Shown here piece by piece: positions 52,387-63,478 of a stretch of DNA of 64,000 nucleotides. The position numbers were made by a program, and so were the translations under genes. This DNA comes from Anthoceros angustus (taxonomy: Eukaryota; Plantae; Anthocerotophyta), in assembly GCA_010909165.1 (NCBI GenBank), contig MU008204.1, positions 79,810 to 143,809 of the forward strand. Direction: 5' to 3'. The notes below the pieces were generated by a model. That model made no database searches. It was not told the DNA's origin and saw nothing but the letters and a program-made list of their open reading frames with translations. Position 1 is the first letter of the stretch; each line of letters opens with the position of its first letter.

Positions 52387-54290
52387 TCACCCCAGCAGGT
52401 GCAGAAGAGCCAGCGCTCCCGACGCAAGAAGCAGCGGCACCATGTCCCCAGCGTGCCGCGGCGGCCCTAGCGACAATCCGGCATCAGGCACGTTCATCTT
52501 GCAAGGCATGTTGAGCGCCTTGTCGAACAAGGGCGCAGAGAAGTCGACGATGTGCGGGTTGTCCTTCCTGATCAGGTTGGGATACACCCGGCACTTGACA
52601 GCCACAGCTGCGAGCTCCTCATCCTCGACTGGGAAGTAGCCGATCCCGCAAGGCCCGCACCCGACCGCCGGTTGGTCACACGGCAGCTGCAGCACAGAGT
52701 CGGCCTCAACAACAGCGGACTTGCTCAGATTGTTCTTGGTGTACACTTCCTTCTCATCAATCCCGCACGCTAGGGCCAGCGCCGGAACCTGCAGGGACTG
52801 CGTCACCAGGAAGGACGAGCCACAGATGGAGCAGGCAGAGGACGGGGCGGGGAGCTCGGCGCACGGTACAGATAGGTCCTGCCCTAACTGCAGCGCGGCC
52901 TCCGCCTGGACGGGCAGGATCCCGTTCGCGTACATCAGGAGCTCGGCGGGGACCTGGCACAGCTTCGCCATCGCATCAAGACTGGAGTCATTGATCCTCA
53001 CCTCGGGGCTGCAGGGACTGCATTTCGGCGAGAGCGAAGTACCGCAGGGAACGATGAGCGGGGGGGATTTCGGCGTCAGCGCGGAGCCCGCTCCGGGATT
53101 GGCCGCCTCCAGCCCCGGCGTCCTGCACTTGGCCGACACCGCTGCCAGGCTCTCGAACTCCTCCGGCGTGTACGAGGCCCCGCACAGCCCGCACTGCCTC
53201 GAGCTCTCCCCGAAGCAGGGCACGCTGATCAGCTGCCCCGGCTCGAGCTCGGACGATGCGTTGCTGAGCGCGGGGTTGGCAGCCAGCAGCCCTCGTCGCT
53301 CACCCTGCAGGTGAGCGCGGCTGTGTCGACAATGTCTCCTGCCTTGGCGCGGTAGAAGAGGCCGCAGTCGCCGCATCCCCGGGTGGATCTCGCCAGCTGC
53401 GGCTGCCCGCACGGGACGCTGATGTACTGCCCCGGGTAGAGCTCCGGAACTTCGGTGGCCGCGAAGACGAGGTCCTGGTTGGCCTCGTGCAGGGCCTGGG
53501 CGGGGAGGCGGCACTTGGCGGCTATGGCGTCGAAAGCGTCCCCTTCCTTGACGAAGTAGAAGGCCCCGCACGGTCCGCAGTCCGCCGGGTCTGTCCCCGT
53601 GCATGGCACGCTCACCGTCCGTCCCTCGGCCGCGTCCACTTCCGGGTTGGCTTGCTGCAGCAGGCCGAGGTCGACATTGCACGTCTTGGAAAGGGAAGAG
53701 AGCGTGTCGCCGACGCCGCCCGCGTACGATGCACCGCAGACGCCGCAGCTTGAGGTGTTGAGCGGGAGGGAAGGCGACCGATCTGACGGGGCCGGGGCCG
53801 GGGTCGGGCTCGGAGCTGGAGCTTGGTTTGGCGGTGGCGATGCCGCTGGCGGCGGAGGTGGAGGAGCCTGCGGCGGGGGTAACGTGGGAGGGTTTTGTGG
53901 AGGAGAATTCGGAGGCGCCGGTGGAGAACGAGCCGGAGTTGCTGGCTCCGGCGGAGAAGGAGTCGGAACAGTTGCCACCGGTGGAAACGGCGATGGTGAC
54001 TGGAGTCGCGTCTTCTTCCGCTGCTCCTTCCTCCTGTGCTTCTCCCTCTTCTCCTTGTTCCTCTTCTTGGTCCTGTTGAAGCTCGCGGAGTTTTCCTCGA
54101 AGCTGCTCCAAGTGCCTGGCCGCGCGGGAAAGAGGTTGCCGCGGGGCGAGCTTCGTATGGACCTGTGAGGAGGAGGACGATCCTGCTCTAACGCTCTACC
54201 GACACGGAGAGCATTGAAGCGACCGAGTCCCCTTGTGCAGAGGTATAGTGACCCGATCCACAGGAGAAGCACCAGATACGATCTGGCCAT
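52387..54290 (-). CDS. Secreted Pro-rich protein with seven LysM repeats and a putative GPI anchor (about 634 aa if one G is restored at ~53291)
   Basis: Hydrophobic N-terminus; Pro-rich linker; seven CxxC...GD-like...C...ANP-like...(V/L/M)PC repeats; short hydrophobic C-terminus; a single -1 frameshift in a G run joins the two ORFs. Confidence 0.85.
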
Positions 54291-54934
54291 GTCCCCCGCT
54301 GGTTAGTCAGATCTCAGAAGGAAGGATCCTCGGCCTGCCTGAGCGGTGGTCGGAGGCGAGATCCCACCCCCGCCCGTTGCTTGGAGACGCTGTCCTCCCA
54401 AGGCCTGGGTCGCGCCGTCGTCGGTCTGCAGGGAGCGGGGTCTTGGCACTCGGGGAGCATGACTGGTTTCCTCCACTGCTAGCTGACAGTCCGAAGTGCG
54501 GGCCACGCAGCATGTAGTCATCGGTTGTCGGTCAAATAGGTCTCTTCGTGGGGACAGTGTGGGGACATTATACTATGTAAAGCCAAGAACACCTTCCCAC
54601 CTGTTGGAAGCAGAGCATGTTTTCTGGCACCGATTGGAATCTCCCACGCTTGTGGCCATGGTTCTGACAAATCCGCCTTTCCAGAAAAAGCCAAACACAC
54701 GGCCGGCTCGCAAGTATGCAGAACGGACATGGGGCCCGTCCCACGAAGAGTGGCTCCGAGTCCAGCCGTTGTCTAAAAGAATCTGTACATCTTGTGCGTC
54801 TGCTGCTATAACTTCCCACTTTTGTAGAAGAGTGTTTACGAAAGGAAGCAACTTTTTGTAGACTGAAGGAACGAACCAAGCATGCCAGACGATTGATGGC
54901 GGCATAGAATCTCTCATCAGGCTTATCTCCACAA

Positions 54935-55075
54935 ACGCAGAACCCGTGAACGCTGGGCTTTATCTCTCAATTTTCAGTCCTGGACATGGCCTCGGTACCA
55001 CCGTGGCAATCATTGCACATCCAAGGATTCTGTCTAGCAAAGTTGCACCATCTGCAGTGTCCAGCCGACCAAAAT
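54935..55075 (-). pseudogene. DYW-domain C-terminal fragment
   Basis: Nucleotide similarity to 60040-60210 (caatcattgcacat, tagcaaagttgcaccatctg, cctggacatggcc) with deletions. Confidence 0.8.
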
Positions 55076-55104
55076 GAGAACGAAAGGGACTTTTCTCATA
55101 CTAA

Positions 55105-55300
55105 TCCGTAAGTCCATGGTGCGCAAGGATGCCCAAAATTTTCCAGGTGAGGTGGAGGAGTTGCTGGACATGAACGAGGAAGGCGTACGAGGACTGAACC
55201 AGCACCGTAAAAAGCTCCACCTTCTCTTGGAGTTGGATGACGGGATACCCAATGGTGCCAATGTATATATACCATTGCAGTCTGAACAACGTGACACAAC
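55105..55300 (+). pseudogene. TAF13 3' fragment plus UTR relic
   Basis: catggtgcgcaaggatgccc...catgaacgagga...ggcgta.gaggactga matches 63715-63900. Confidence 0.8.
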
Positions 55301-55989
55301 CTCCATTTGTTTCCCCTACTCTCTCCCCATCGTAGCAGCAACCTGTCATCGTGGCAGCAAGGTGGATGCACGAAATGCTCAGTGTCTACTGAGTCATTGT
55401 GTTCTCCACTTAACAGCCAAGAGTTAATCCGTTGTGAACCGAGCCTCGCACCGTGACCTTCTGGATGTCGGACCACGAGGGAACAAGCGTGCTCGCTGTG
55501 GGAATAACTTCTTTAGTGATGATTTACATATCCTAAGCGCTGATGTCGCATATCGACTGCGTGTACTAGGTAGCTCGCCAAATCTGCATTGCTCCCCTCT
55601 CTAGTGCGCATGTGGCAAGGATTGTTGTCCCTGCTGGTAGACAATTCCTTTTCGCTACGCAGCGAAAAGAAGTCAAATTACTATAGGAACAGGCCTCCCA
55701 AAGTGTCTAGGTCTGTATAGTCAGGAGGGATACAGTCTTGAAGCATGATAGAAGAAGTATCCTCAAAAGATTAGTTCTTCCCAGTAATGTTGCAAATTGG
55801 AGCTGAACTTTGAAAGGCATTGAGCGTAGGAGGATTTGAGACTTTGCAAGCATTGAACGCAAATGGTGAGCATCAGTACGCAACTTACCGAAGGTAGTGT
55901 TCCATAGTCGAGGAGAGAAGGCTGCGCTGGCATGGTTCCACACATGCCGTTTAGAGTTTGTTCTTCTTACATAATAGCTTTGCACAGAT

Positions 55990-56145
55990 CCTGCATTCAC
56001 GCGTCCTGCATCCACTCATTCCTGTCCCATGCCCTGCTGGGAATATCCTGCAATCATCGCACTCCACATCACCACATCTCCTGAGAATGGCTCGCAAGAT
56101 GCCTTTGGCTTCATCTAGGCTGCCAGACTTGGCATGTACACCAAA
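55990..56145 (-). pseudogene. PPR motif fragment
   Basis: Degraded ...AKSGSLDEAKGIL...DVVMWSAMIAGYSQQGMGQE*. Confidence 0.65.
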
Positions 56146-56347
56146 TTGCTAGGTACAAACTCATGGGCTTCAAGTGCTTGTTCTCTAACTTGTGCACCAA
56201 ATCATTGGGTGCAGCCATGCCTTCTTGCTTCTTGCCGCTTAGCATTGAGCAGATTCAGAGGTCGACAGCTGCATGCTCCAACGTTTTCGTACTCATAGCT
56301 GTCTATCCTGATAACCGGCTCCCTCTTTATTCTGGAAACGCCTGTTT

Positions 56348-59300
56348 TCAGCAATGCTTGACCTCGCCGACCAAAAAACTATGAACCAGTCCGTCCATGT
56401 CCGTCCACCAACTCTGACCTGGCTGTTTCCATGCCCTCAAGCTTTTTCTCATGGCCTGCATTTCTTGTTTTTGCTCCCACATCTGGACACCGGTGTATAT
56501 GTTCGACATCAACATGTATGCCGAGACATCTTTCCTGTCTAGCTTGACTGCTTCATCAAAAGCATAGCGTCCCACATTCACGTTGTTCCACTTCCGACAG
56601 GCACCCAATAGAGTGTGCCAAACTGCAGAGTTGGGGAGTACAGGCATTGTCCTTACTACGGATAGTGCCTCCTCCAGTTGCCCTGCGCGACCCAAGAGAT
56701 CCACCATGCATATATAGTGGTCTACTGTGGGAGTGACATTGTATTGCCGGCTCATAGCCTTGAAACACTCTTCCCCCTTGTTCACCAGACCCGTATGATT
56801 ACATACGCTTAGTAGACACAAGAACGTGATGCCGTCTGGATTGATACTATCCTCGCTCATTCTGAGAACCAAGTCAAAGACTTCTTCACTGTTACCTTGA
56901 CGGGTGTACCCTGCAATCAGTGCATTCCAGCTGGAAACATCTCGTTTGGGCAATGCCTCAAACACCTGCAATGCATCGGCCATGCTACCACACTTCCCAT
57001 ACATGTCGATCAAACTGCCTGCTACGAGGACATCAGCTTGGAGCCCTTGTTCGTTGATCTGTGCATGAAGCTGCTTACCAAGATGCAAAGCTGCAACACT
57101 TCCACATGCCTGAAGGAGGCACACAAATGTGACGGAGTTGGGTGCAACAAGGCCCTCTGATAGCATGTCCTTGTAAAGACAAAGTGAGTCCTGCCCCATC
57201 CCCTGCTGTGAATACCCTGCTATCATACCACTCCACGTTACCACATTTTTTTCACGAAGTCCATCAAATAAGACCCGTGCATCCTCGAGACTGCCACACT
57301 TTGCATACATGTTCACCAAACTACTGGCTACGAACACATCGGCCAGCAGCCCTTGTTTTCTAATATGTGCATGGAGCTGCTTCCCCGTCTCATAAGCCGG
57401 GGTACCCACACTTGCACATGCTTGCAGGAGGGAAACAAATATCATAGGATCAGGCGCAGCCATGCCTTCAGCTTGCATAGCACTGTAAAGCTCCAGGGCT
57501 TCTTGCCCCATGCCATGTTGGGAATATCCTGCTATCATAGCACTCCACGTCACCAAAGTTTTTTCACCAATGCTGTCAAACACGACCCGAGCATCCTCTA
57601 GGCTCCCACACTTTGCATACATGTTTACCAAGCTGTTGGCAACAAACACCTCAGCCTGAAGCTGCAGTTCTCTAATTTGTGCATGAAGCTGCTTTCCCAT
57701 CTTCAAAGCTGGGTTGCCCACACTTGCACATGCCTGCAGGAGGCAAACGAATGTCACAGAATTGGGTGCAGCTAAGTCTTCTTCTTGCATAACACTATAA
57801 AGCTCGAGGGCTTTCTTCCCCAGACCCTGCTTAGAATATCCGGCTATCATGACACTCCAGGTCACCACATCTTTCTGAGGAAGTGCCTTAAATACACAGT
57901 CAGCATCCTCAAGGCTCCCGCACTTGGCATACATGTCTACCAAACTGCTAGCTACAAACAAATCAGTTTGAAGCCCTTGTTCCCTGATTTGTTTATGAAG
58001 CAGCTTCCCTTGCTCCACAGCCGTATTGCCAACACTTGCACATGCCTGCAGGAGGGACACAAATGTCACAGAATCGGCTTGAACCATGCCTTCTTCTTGC
58101 ATTGCCGTGTAAAGACTAAGGGCTTCATGCCCAATACCCCGCTGGGAGTACCCTCCTATCATGGCATTCCATGTCACTACATTCTTTTGACCAAGTTTAG
58201 CAAAGACGTTCCGAGCATCCTCTATGCTCCCGCATTTTGCATACATGTTCACCAGGCTCCCACCTACAACTACATCAGCCTCAAGTCCTTCTTGTCTAAT
58301 CTGGGCATGAAGCTGCTTCCCACTCTCCAAAGCTGCAGAGCCCACACTTCCACATGCCTGCAGGAGGCACACAAATGTCACAGAATTGGCTGCTGCTGTA
58401 CCGTCTTCTAGCATAGCACTATAAAGATGAAGGGCTTTCTGACCCATGCCCTGCTGGGAATATCCTCCTATCATGGCATTCCACGTTACCACATCCTTTC
58501 GAAGAAGTCCGTCAAACACGCTCTGAGCGTCTTGTAAGCTGCCACACTTTGCATACATGTCCACCAAGCAACTACACACAAACAAATCAGGCTCAACGCC
58601 ACTAGCCATCACATCAGCATGCACCTGCTGCCCAGCTTTCAGGTCTGCTTCTCTCGCACATGCCTGAAGGGCTGCAACAAACACATGGCCATTAGGCTTC
58701 ACTCTTGACCTCCGCATCCCATGATACAGCTCTATAGCCTTCCTGTCCTGTTCGTGCTTAAAATGAGCAGAGATTATGGCACACCACGTGAAGACATCTG
58801 GGTTGGCAACCATAGAGAACACATCCATGGCTTCTTGCAACCTGGCATGAGAAGCATACATTCTCAGGATGTGGTTGCACAGGAACGTATCCGAATCATA
58901 CCCCGTCCTAACAGTGAGAGCATGAATATAGCGACCCAGAGCCAGATCCTTCTTGGCCACACATTCCTTTAAGACCGTATACAAAAGAGATGCGGAGATA
59001 TGACACTCTGTGTGCACCAGAACTCCCATAGCCTCAACAGCCTCAGCGAGCTGCCCCTGCTCACATAGCTTGTGGACCGTTTCCACACTTACCCCCCTTT
59101 CGTATCCTGCAGGCTTTTGAGTGTCAAGAGCATCCGGCACGGTCCAGTTGGATATGGGGGCCTGATGACCCATCTCCACATCCAGAGCAACCAGCTGCTC
59201 ATCCCGCCAAACTGGCCTGAAGGAGTTGCTCAGTCCGACGCCCTCCTGGCACTCCCCATGCTGCAGGTCAGACGAACAAGAACCGCTGGAAGACATGCGT

Positions 59301-59509
59301 CCAGCCAGATATCTCCTAGGACGGGGTAGCTCTCTTGAAAAACTGCTGAACCTCGCGGCTTCACTGTTTGCCGACGGTTGGCTCCTTGATTTCAGCTGAA
59401 CGAGAGCTCTTCCTGGCATGTCGGATAACCCAGCACTTTGTTGTGTCCAGAAATACTGGATCCCCATCGACCATCTGTCGGTCTCGATTGCCACGCTCCA
59501 GACAGCCAT
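56348..59509 (-). CDS. PLS-class PPR protein, about 7 P-L-S triplets plus E domains, ending in a WW-type box without the catalytic DYW core
   Basis: Repeats VVTWNAMIGGYSQQG / NSVTFVCLLQAC / SLVNMYAKCGS; C-terminus WKQPGQSWWTDMDGLVHSFLVGEVKHC*; start codon uncertain. Confidence 0.9.
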   Translation of the reverse strand: MAVWSVAIETDRWSMGIQYFWTQQSAGLSDMPGRALVQLKSRSQPSANSEAARFSSFSRELPRPRRYLAGRMSSSGSCSSDLQHGECQEGVGLSNSFRPVWRDEQLVALDVEMGHQAPISNWTVPDALDTQKPAGYERGVSVETVHKLCEQGQLAEAVEAMGVLVHTECHISASLLYTVLKECVAKKDLALGRYIHALTVRTGYDSDTFLCNHILRMYASHARLQEAMDVFSMVANPDVFTWCAIISAHFKHEQDRKAIELYHGMRRSRVKPNGHVFVAALQACAREADLKAGQQVHADVMASGVEPDLFVCSCLVDMYAKCGSLQDAQSVFDGLLRKDVVTWNAMIGGYSQQGMGQKALHLYSAMLEDGTAAANSVTFVCLLQACGSVGSAALESGKQLHAQIRQEGLEADVVVGGSLVNMYAKCGSIEDARNVFAKLGQKNVVTWNAMIGGYSQRGIGHEALSLYTAMQEEGMVQADSVTFVSLLQACASVGNTAVEQGKLLHKQIREQGLQTDLFVASSLVDMYAKCGSLEDADCVFKALPQKDVVTWSVMIAGYSKQGLGKKALELYSVMQEEDLAAPNSVTFVCLLQACASVGNPALKMGKQLHAQIRELQLQAEVFVANSLVNMYAKCGSLEDARVVFDSIGEKTLVTWSAMIAGYSQHGMGQEALELYSAMQAEGMAAPDPMIFVSLLQACASVGTPAYETGKQLHAHIRKQGLLADVFVASSLVNMYAKCGSLEDARVLFDGLREKNVVTWSGMIAGYSQQGMGQDSLCLYKDMLSEGLVAPNSVTFVCLLQACGSVAALHLGKQLHAQINEQGLQADVLVAGSLIDMYGKCGSMADALQVFEALPKRDVSSWNALIAGYTRQGNSEEVFDLVLRMSEDSINPDGITFLCLLSVCNHTGLVNKGEECFKAMSRQYNVTPTVDHYICMVDLLGRAGQLEEALSVVRTMPVLPNSAVWHTLLGACRKWNNVNVGRYAFDEAVKLDRKDVSAYMLMSNIYTGVQMWEQKQEMQAMRKSLRAWKQPGQSWWTDMDGLVHSFLVGEVKHC

Positions 59510-59784
59510 GGCTTGCAGGAGCACGCTGTGAGCCTATGTATGCAAGAAGCACCAATTTCCTTCTGGAATGCGCCCCGCACACGAGCTTGGACCAGAGGAG
59601 GACCCAGCAACGAGCAAGACAGGCTGGGAAGCTGAAACTTGATACTCCGTGAGCATGCCTACTTTCCTCCATTCCTAGCTGAGAATCAGAAGTGCGGGCT
59701 ATGGAGTCATTCGGTGTCTGAGCCTTTCGAGTCCAATAACTCTGTTCCTAGGGACATCGTACCCGGGAGCATCTGATGGCACCC

Positions 59785-59947
59785 AGCAGGAGGAGCACCA
59801 AGACCTTACAGATTCTTAGAGCTTACAGATTCTAAGAATCTCCCAACTCTAAGAATCTGTAAGTTCATCTCCCAACTCTAAGAATCTCCCAACTCTAAGA
59901 ATCTTCCAACTCTAAGAATCTGTAAGGTCTTTTGTGCTCCTCCTGCT
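59785..59947. repeat. Fold-back/MITE-like element with ~36-bp inverted arms and internal 17-bp tandem repeats
   Basis: The left arm AGCAGGAGGAGCACCAAGACCTTACAGATTCTTAGA (59785-59820) pairs with 59911-59947; the interior is (CTCCCAACTCTAAGAAT)n. Confidence 0.85.
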
Positions 59948-60023
59948 AAGACTTCCCACCTAACTGGAATACAGTGTTGACAAGAGCAAGAACTACGCAA
60001 GGGCAGACAAGTGAAGGAATGAC

Positions 60024-63000
60024 TCAGTGCCAGTCTCCGCATGAACAGAACCCATTAACAAAGTGGTGAACACGGTGGGCATCTCTAACGATTATCTCTC
60101 GATTTTCAATCCTGGACATGGCCTTGGTGCCGCTGTGGCAATCATTGCACATTCGGAGATTTTTTGTCACTAGCAAAGTTGCACCATCTGGAGTGTTCAG
60201 CAGACCATATGCTAGAGCCAGTTTCTCAGCGTGTCCGCACAGCTCATCTTCTTTCTGTTTCTCAACAGCTGGATTCGGTGCCACCGCGATTTGGGGAAGA
60301 CTGCCTCGCTGTTCCTCCAAACGGAGGTTTACACTTGTAAGCTTGGAGGCAACGTCGTCTGCTTCTTCCCCTACCATGAAAGTATGGACCTTACCTTTCA
60401 CCTCGATCCAGGCTCTTGCAGGCAGCTTCTGGGCACCTGCAGACTTCCTCAATCTCTCTATCCTCTCAAAATCCCTCCACCTACCAGCAGTTGCATAAAT
60501 GTTCTCCAAGAGCACATATGCAGCTGAGTCTTGAGGTTCCAGTTTTGTAATTTGCTCAAAACATCGCCTTCCCCTCTCTATGTCACCATGGCTCCTGCAG
60601 GCATTCAGCAACGACTTCCATCCTACGACATCTGCTTCAGATTGCTGTGACAGGAGCATGTCTTCAGCCTCATCCAGATGGCCTGCTCGCCCAAGAAGAT
60701 CAACCATGCAGTTATAGTGGTGGGCTGAGGGCCGGATTCCATGCTTCTTCACCATGAGATTGAAATAGTGCTGACCCTCATGTACCAGCCCTGCATGACT
60801 GCATGCCACTAGAAGACAAATGAAGGAAGCCTGATCAGGCTCAACCCCCTGCTTCTGCATCTCCGTGAAGCACTGCAGGGCTGCTACACCATCACTGCAT
60901 TGGCCGTAGCCGTTCAGCAGAGCGGTCCATGTTACAACGTTTCTGGCAGGCAATCTGTCAAACACTCCGCGTGCATCCATCAAGCTGCCACATTTTGCAT
61001 ACATGTCCACCAGACTGTTGCCAACGGCAGTATCTGCTTCAAGTCCTCGTTCTTGGATTTGAACATGAAAGTGCTTGCCCTGGTGTAAAGCTCCCACAGA
61101 TGCACATGCGTTCAGGAGGCACACATATGTGACATGATCTGGAGCGGTTATGCCTTCTTGTTGCATTCTTGCGTAGAAATCAAGAGCTTCTTGACCCAGC
61201 CCACGCTGACAATATCCTGAAAGAATGGCGTTCCAAGTCACAACACTTCTCGTGGGTAAGCTGTCAAAAACTTTGACAGCCTCCTCCAGCATCCCACATT
61301 TTGTATAACCGGCAATCATGGCACTCCCAGACACAGCATCCTTCGTAGGCAGATTGTCAAACACTACACGAGCATCCTCCAGGCTGTCACATTTCACAAA
61401 CATGTCCACCAGATTCCTGCCAATCGCGACATCTTTGTCCAATCCCCTTTCCTGGATCTGGGCAAACAGCTGCTGCCCATGATGCAAGGCACCAGAGCTT
61501 GCACACGCTTTCAAAAGGGCTACAAACGTGTTCTGATTGACAGCAGTCGCACATTCCCATTGCATATTTGCATACAGATTAAGGGCTTCTCGACTAGACC
61601 CATGCTGAGCATATCCTGCAAGCATGGCATTCCATGTCACGGTATCTTTCTTGTGCAAATTGTCAAATACTACACGGGCATCCTCCATGCTTCCGCACTT
61701 TGAATACATGTCCACCAAACAGCTGCCAACCACTAAATCCCCTCCAAGTCCAGCTTCCTCAATATTGCGATGGAGTTGCTTTCCCTGATGTAACGCTTGG
61801 ATGCTGGCACAGGCCTTCAAGGTGGATATGAATGTTACACGATTTGCTGGAATTAACCCCTCATTTTGCATACTTGCATAAAGTGCAAGGGCCTCTCGAC
61901 CAGCTCCCTGGTGAGCATATCCAGTGAGCATAGCATTCCAAGAGACAACAGTCTTCCTTGACATCTTATCAAACACCCCACGAGCATCCTCTATGCTCCC
62001 ACACTTGGAATACATGTCAACCAGCGAGTTCCCAACAAATTCATCAGGCTCAACTTTGCTTCCCAACACATCAGCGTGAACCTCCTTTCCAGATACCAAA
62101 TCTGATGCACTGGCACATGCTTTCAAAACTGCAACAAAAATGTGGTTGTTCGGTTGCACCGTCGTTTGCCGCATCTGTCGGTAGAGCTCAAGAGCCTGCA
62201 TAGGCTGCCCATGTTCGGCATGTCCCAAGATAATGAAAAACCAAGAAAACGCGTTCGGTGCAGCTAGTGTTGTGAACACATGTGTTGCATCCTCCAACTG
62301 CCCATGAGAGGCATACATGCGGATGATGTGGCTGGCCAAGAACGTGTTCAACTCATGGCCACTTCTCTGAGCAATATCATGAACTCGCCTACCAAGCACC
62401 AAATCTTTTTTTTTAATGCACCCCTTGAGAAGACGGTAGAGAGGAGGCACCCCCACGGCCGATCCTTGACGGAGCAAGAGCTCCGAGGCTTCAACTGCCT
62501 CACCAAGGTGTCCATCATCACATAGTTTGCCTAAGGTGCGAGGGTTGAACCAGCTCTTACTCCTCGATACCCTGCAAAGTCGAAGACCCTGTCAAACCCA
62601 GCTCACAGGCAACACAAGAAGGCTACAATATCTCACAGTGACTGGCTGAATAGGTTCCCAACCTCTCAGAATCTCTACCAGCTCGACGCCTGAATTCAGG
62701 CTGGTAGGATGCCCTACAGGCATCAGCCGTTTCCACTGGCTGTAGCTTCCCCTGAATCCATGAGTCATGCGAATCAACCCACAACGCATCTTTTGATGTG
62801 CTGTGCACACAGTCCGGATAAGTTGGGCTCCTCTGCAATGCTACAAACGTCAATTTCTGAACAGTCTTCAAAGGCTGAAACAGGCTTCAGAACATGAAAA
62901 TAGCAGAGAGGGACCACCTTGTTCCACCCGCTGTCCCTCCAGTCAGAAGGATTAGCTACAAACGTTTCCCACAACTCCCTTGCTCTCGGCTCCACTGCAA

Positions 63001-63352
63001 GGGAGCTGAACAGAGACACCTGACAGCCCCTCAGCTGCAACTCCAGAATAAGGGTACTGATGCAAACTCTGATACCAGGCCTGCAATATTGGGGATAGCA
63101 ACCTCAGGTTCTCCGCATCACGGAAGCCCCGAACGAGAGACTGAAGTGGTGTTGCATTACCTCATCAGACCTGTTGTGCCACCTCTGCCAGAACTCGTTT
63201 CTCCACAAAGGCTCCCGTACAAGTGGGTCCACTGCAAGCAACCTGGAACATGAGAACGAACGGACTTCTTCCCATCACCTACCCGACGTGATCAAAACAC
63301 CAAGCGGGCACTCACCGCTTTTCGGCAGGCTCGACAGCACTCCTGTCTTCAT
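60024..63352 (-). CDS. PLS-PPR-E-DYW:KP-type editing factor with an N-terminal PDF-like motif (5 exons, 999 aa by this model)
   Basis: Exons 63316-63352, 63161-63242, 62918-63080, 62663-62832 and 60024-62571 total 3000 nt with compatible phases. C-terminus KLPARAWIEV...GHAEKLALAYG...KNLRMCNDCH...HHFVNGFCSCGDWH*. Confidence 0.85.
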
Positions 63353-63478
63353 TTCATTCTGCGGAATTGAGTCGCCTCGACCCACAAAAGACATACATAT
63401 TTTCTTAGTTGCAGACGCGAAGCCGAGGCCCTCCGGAAGCCCTTGGGAGCGGGCCGGAACAACAGTCCGGCACCCAAC

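Noticed and set aside
52387-54111. Two separate genes or an intron in the LysM locus
   Set aside because: The ORFs join by restoring one G in a homopolymer inside repeat 3; the first half of the 574-aa ORF is off-frame.
54573-54932. 119-aa minus-strand ORF as the continuation of a gene
   Set aside because: No motif or splice support; it lies in the decayed duplication relic region.
59821-59925. CRISPR-like array
   Set aside because: The repeats are contiguous 17-mers without unique spacers, there are no cas genes, and the context is eukaryotic.
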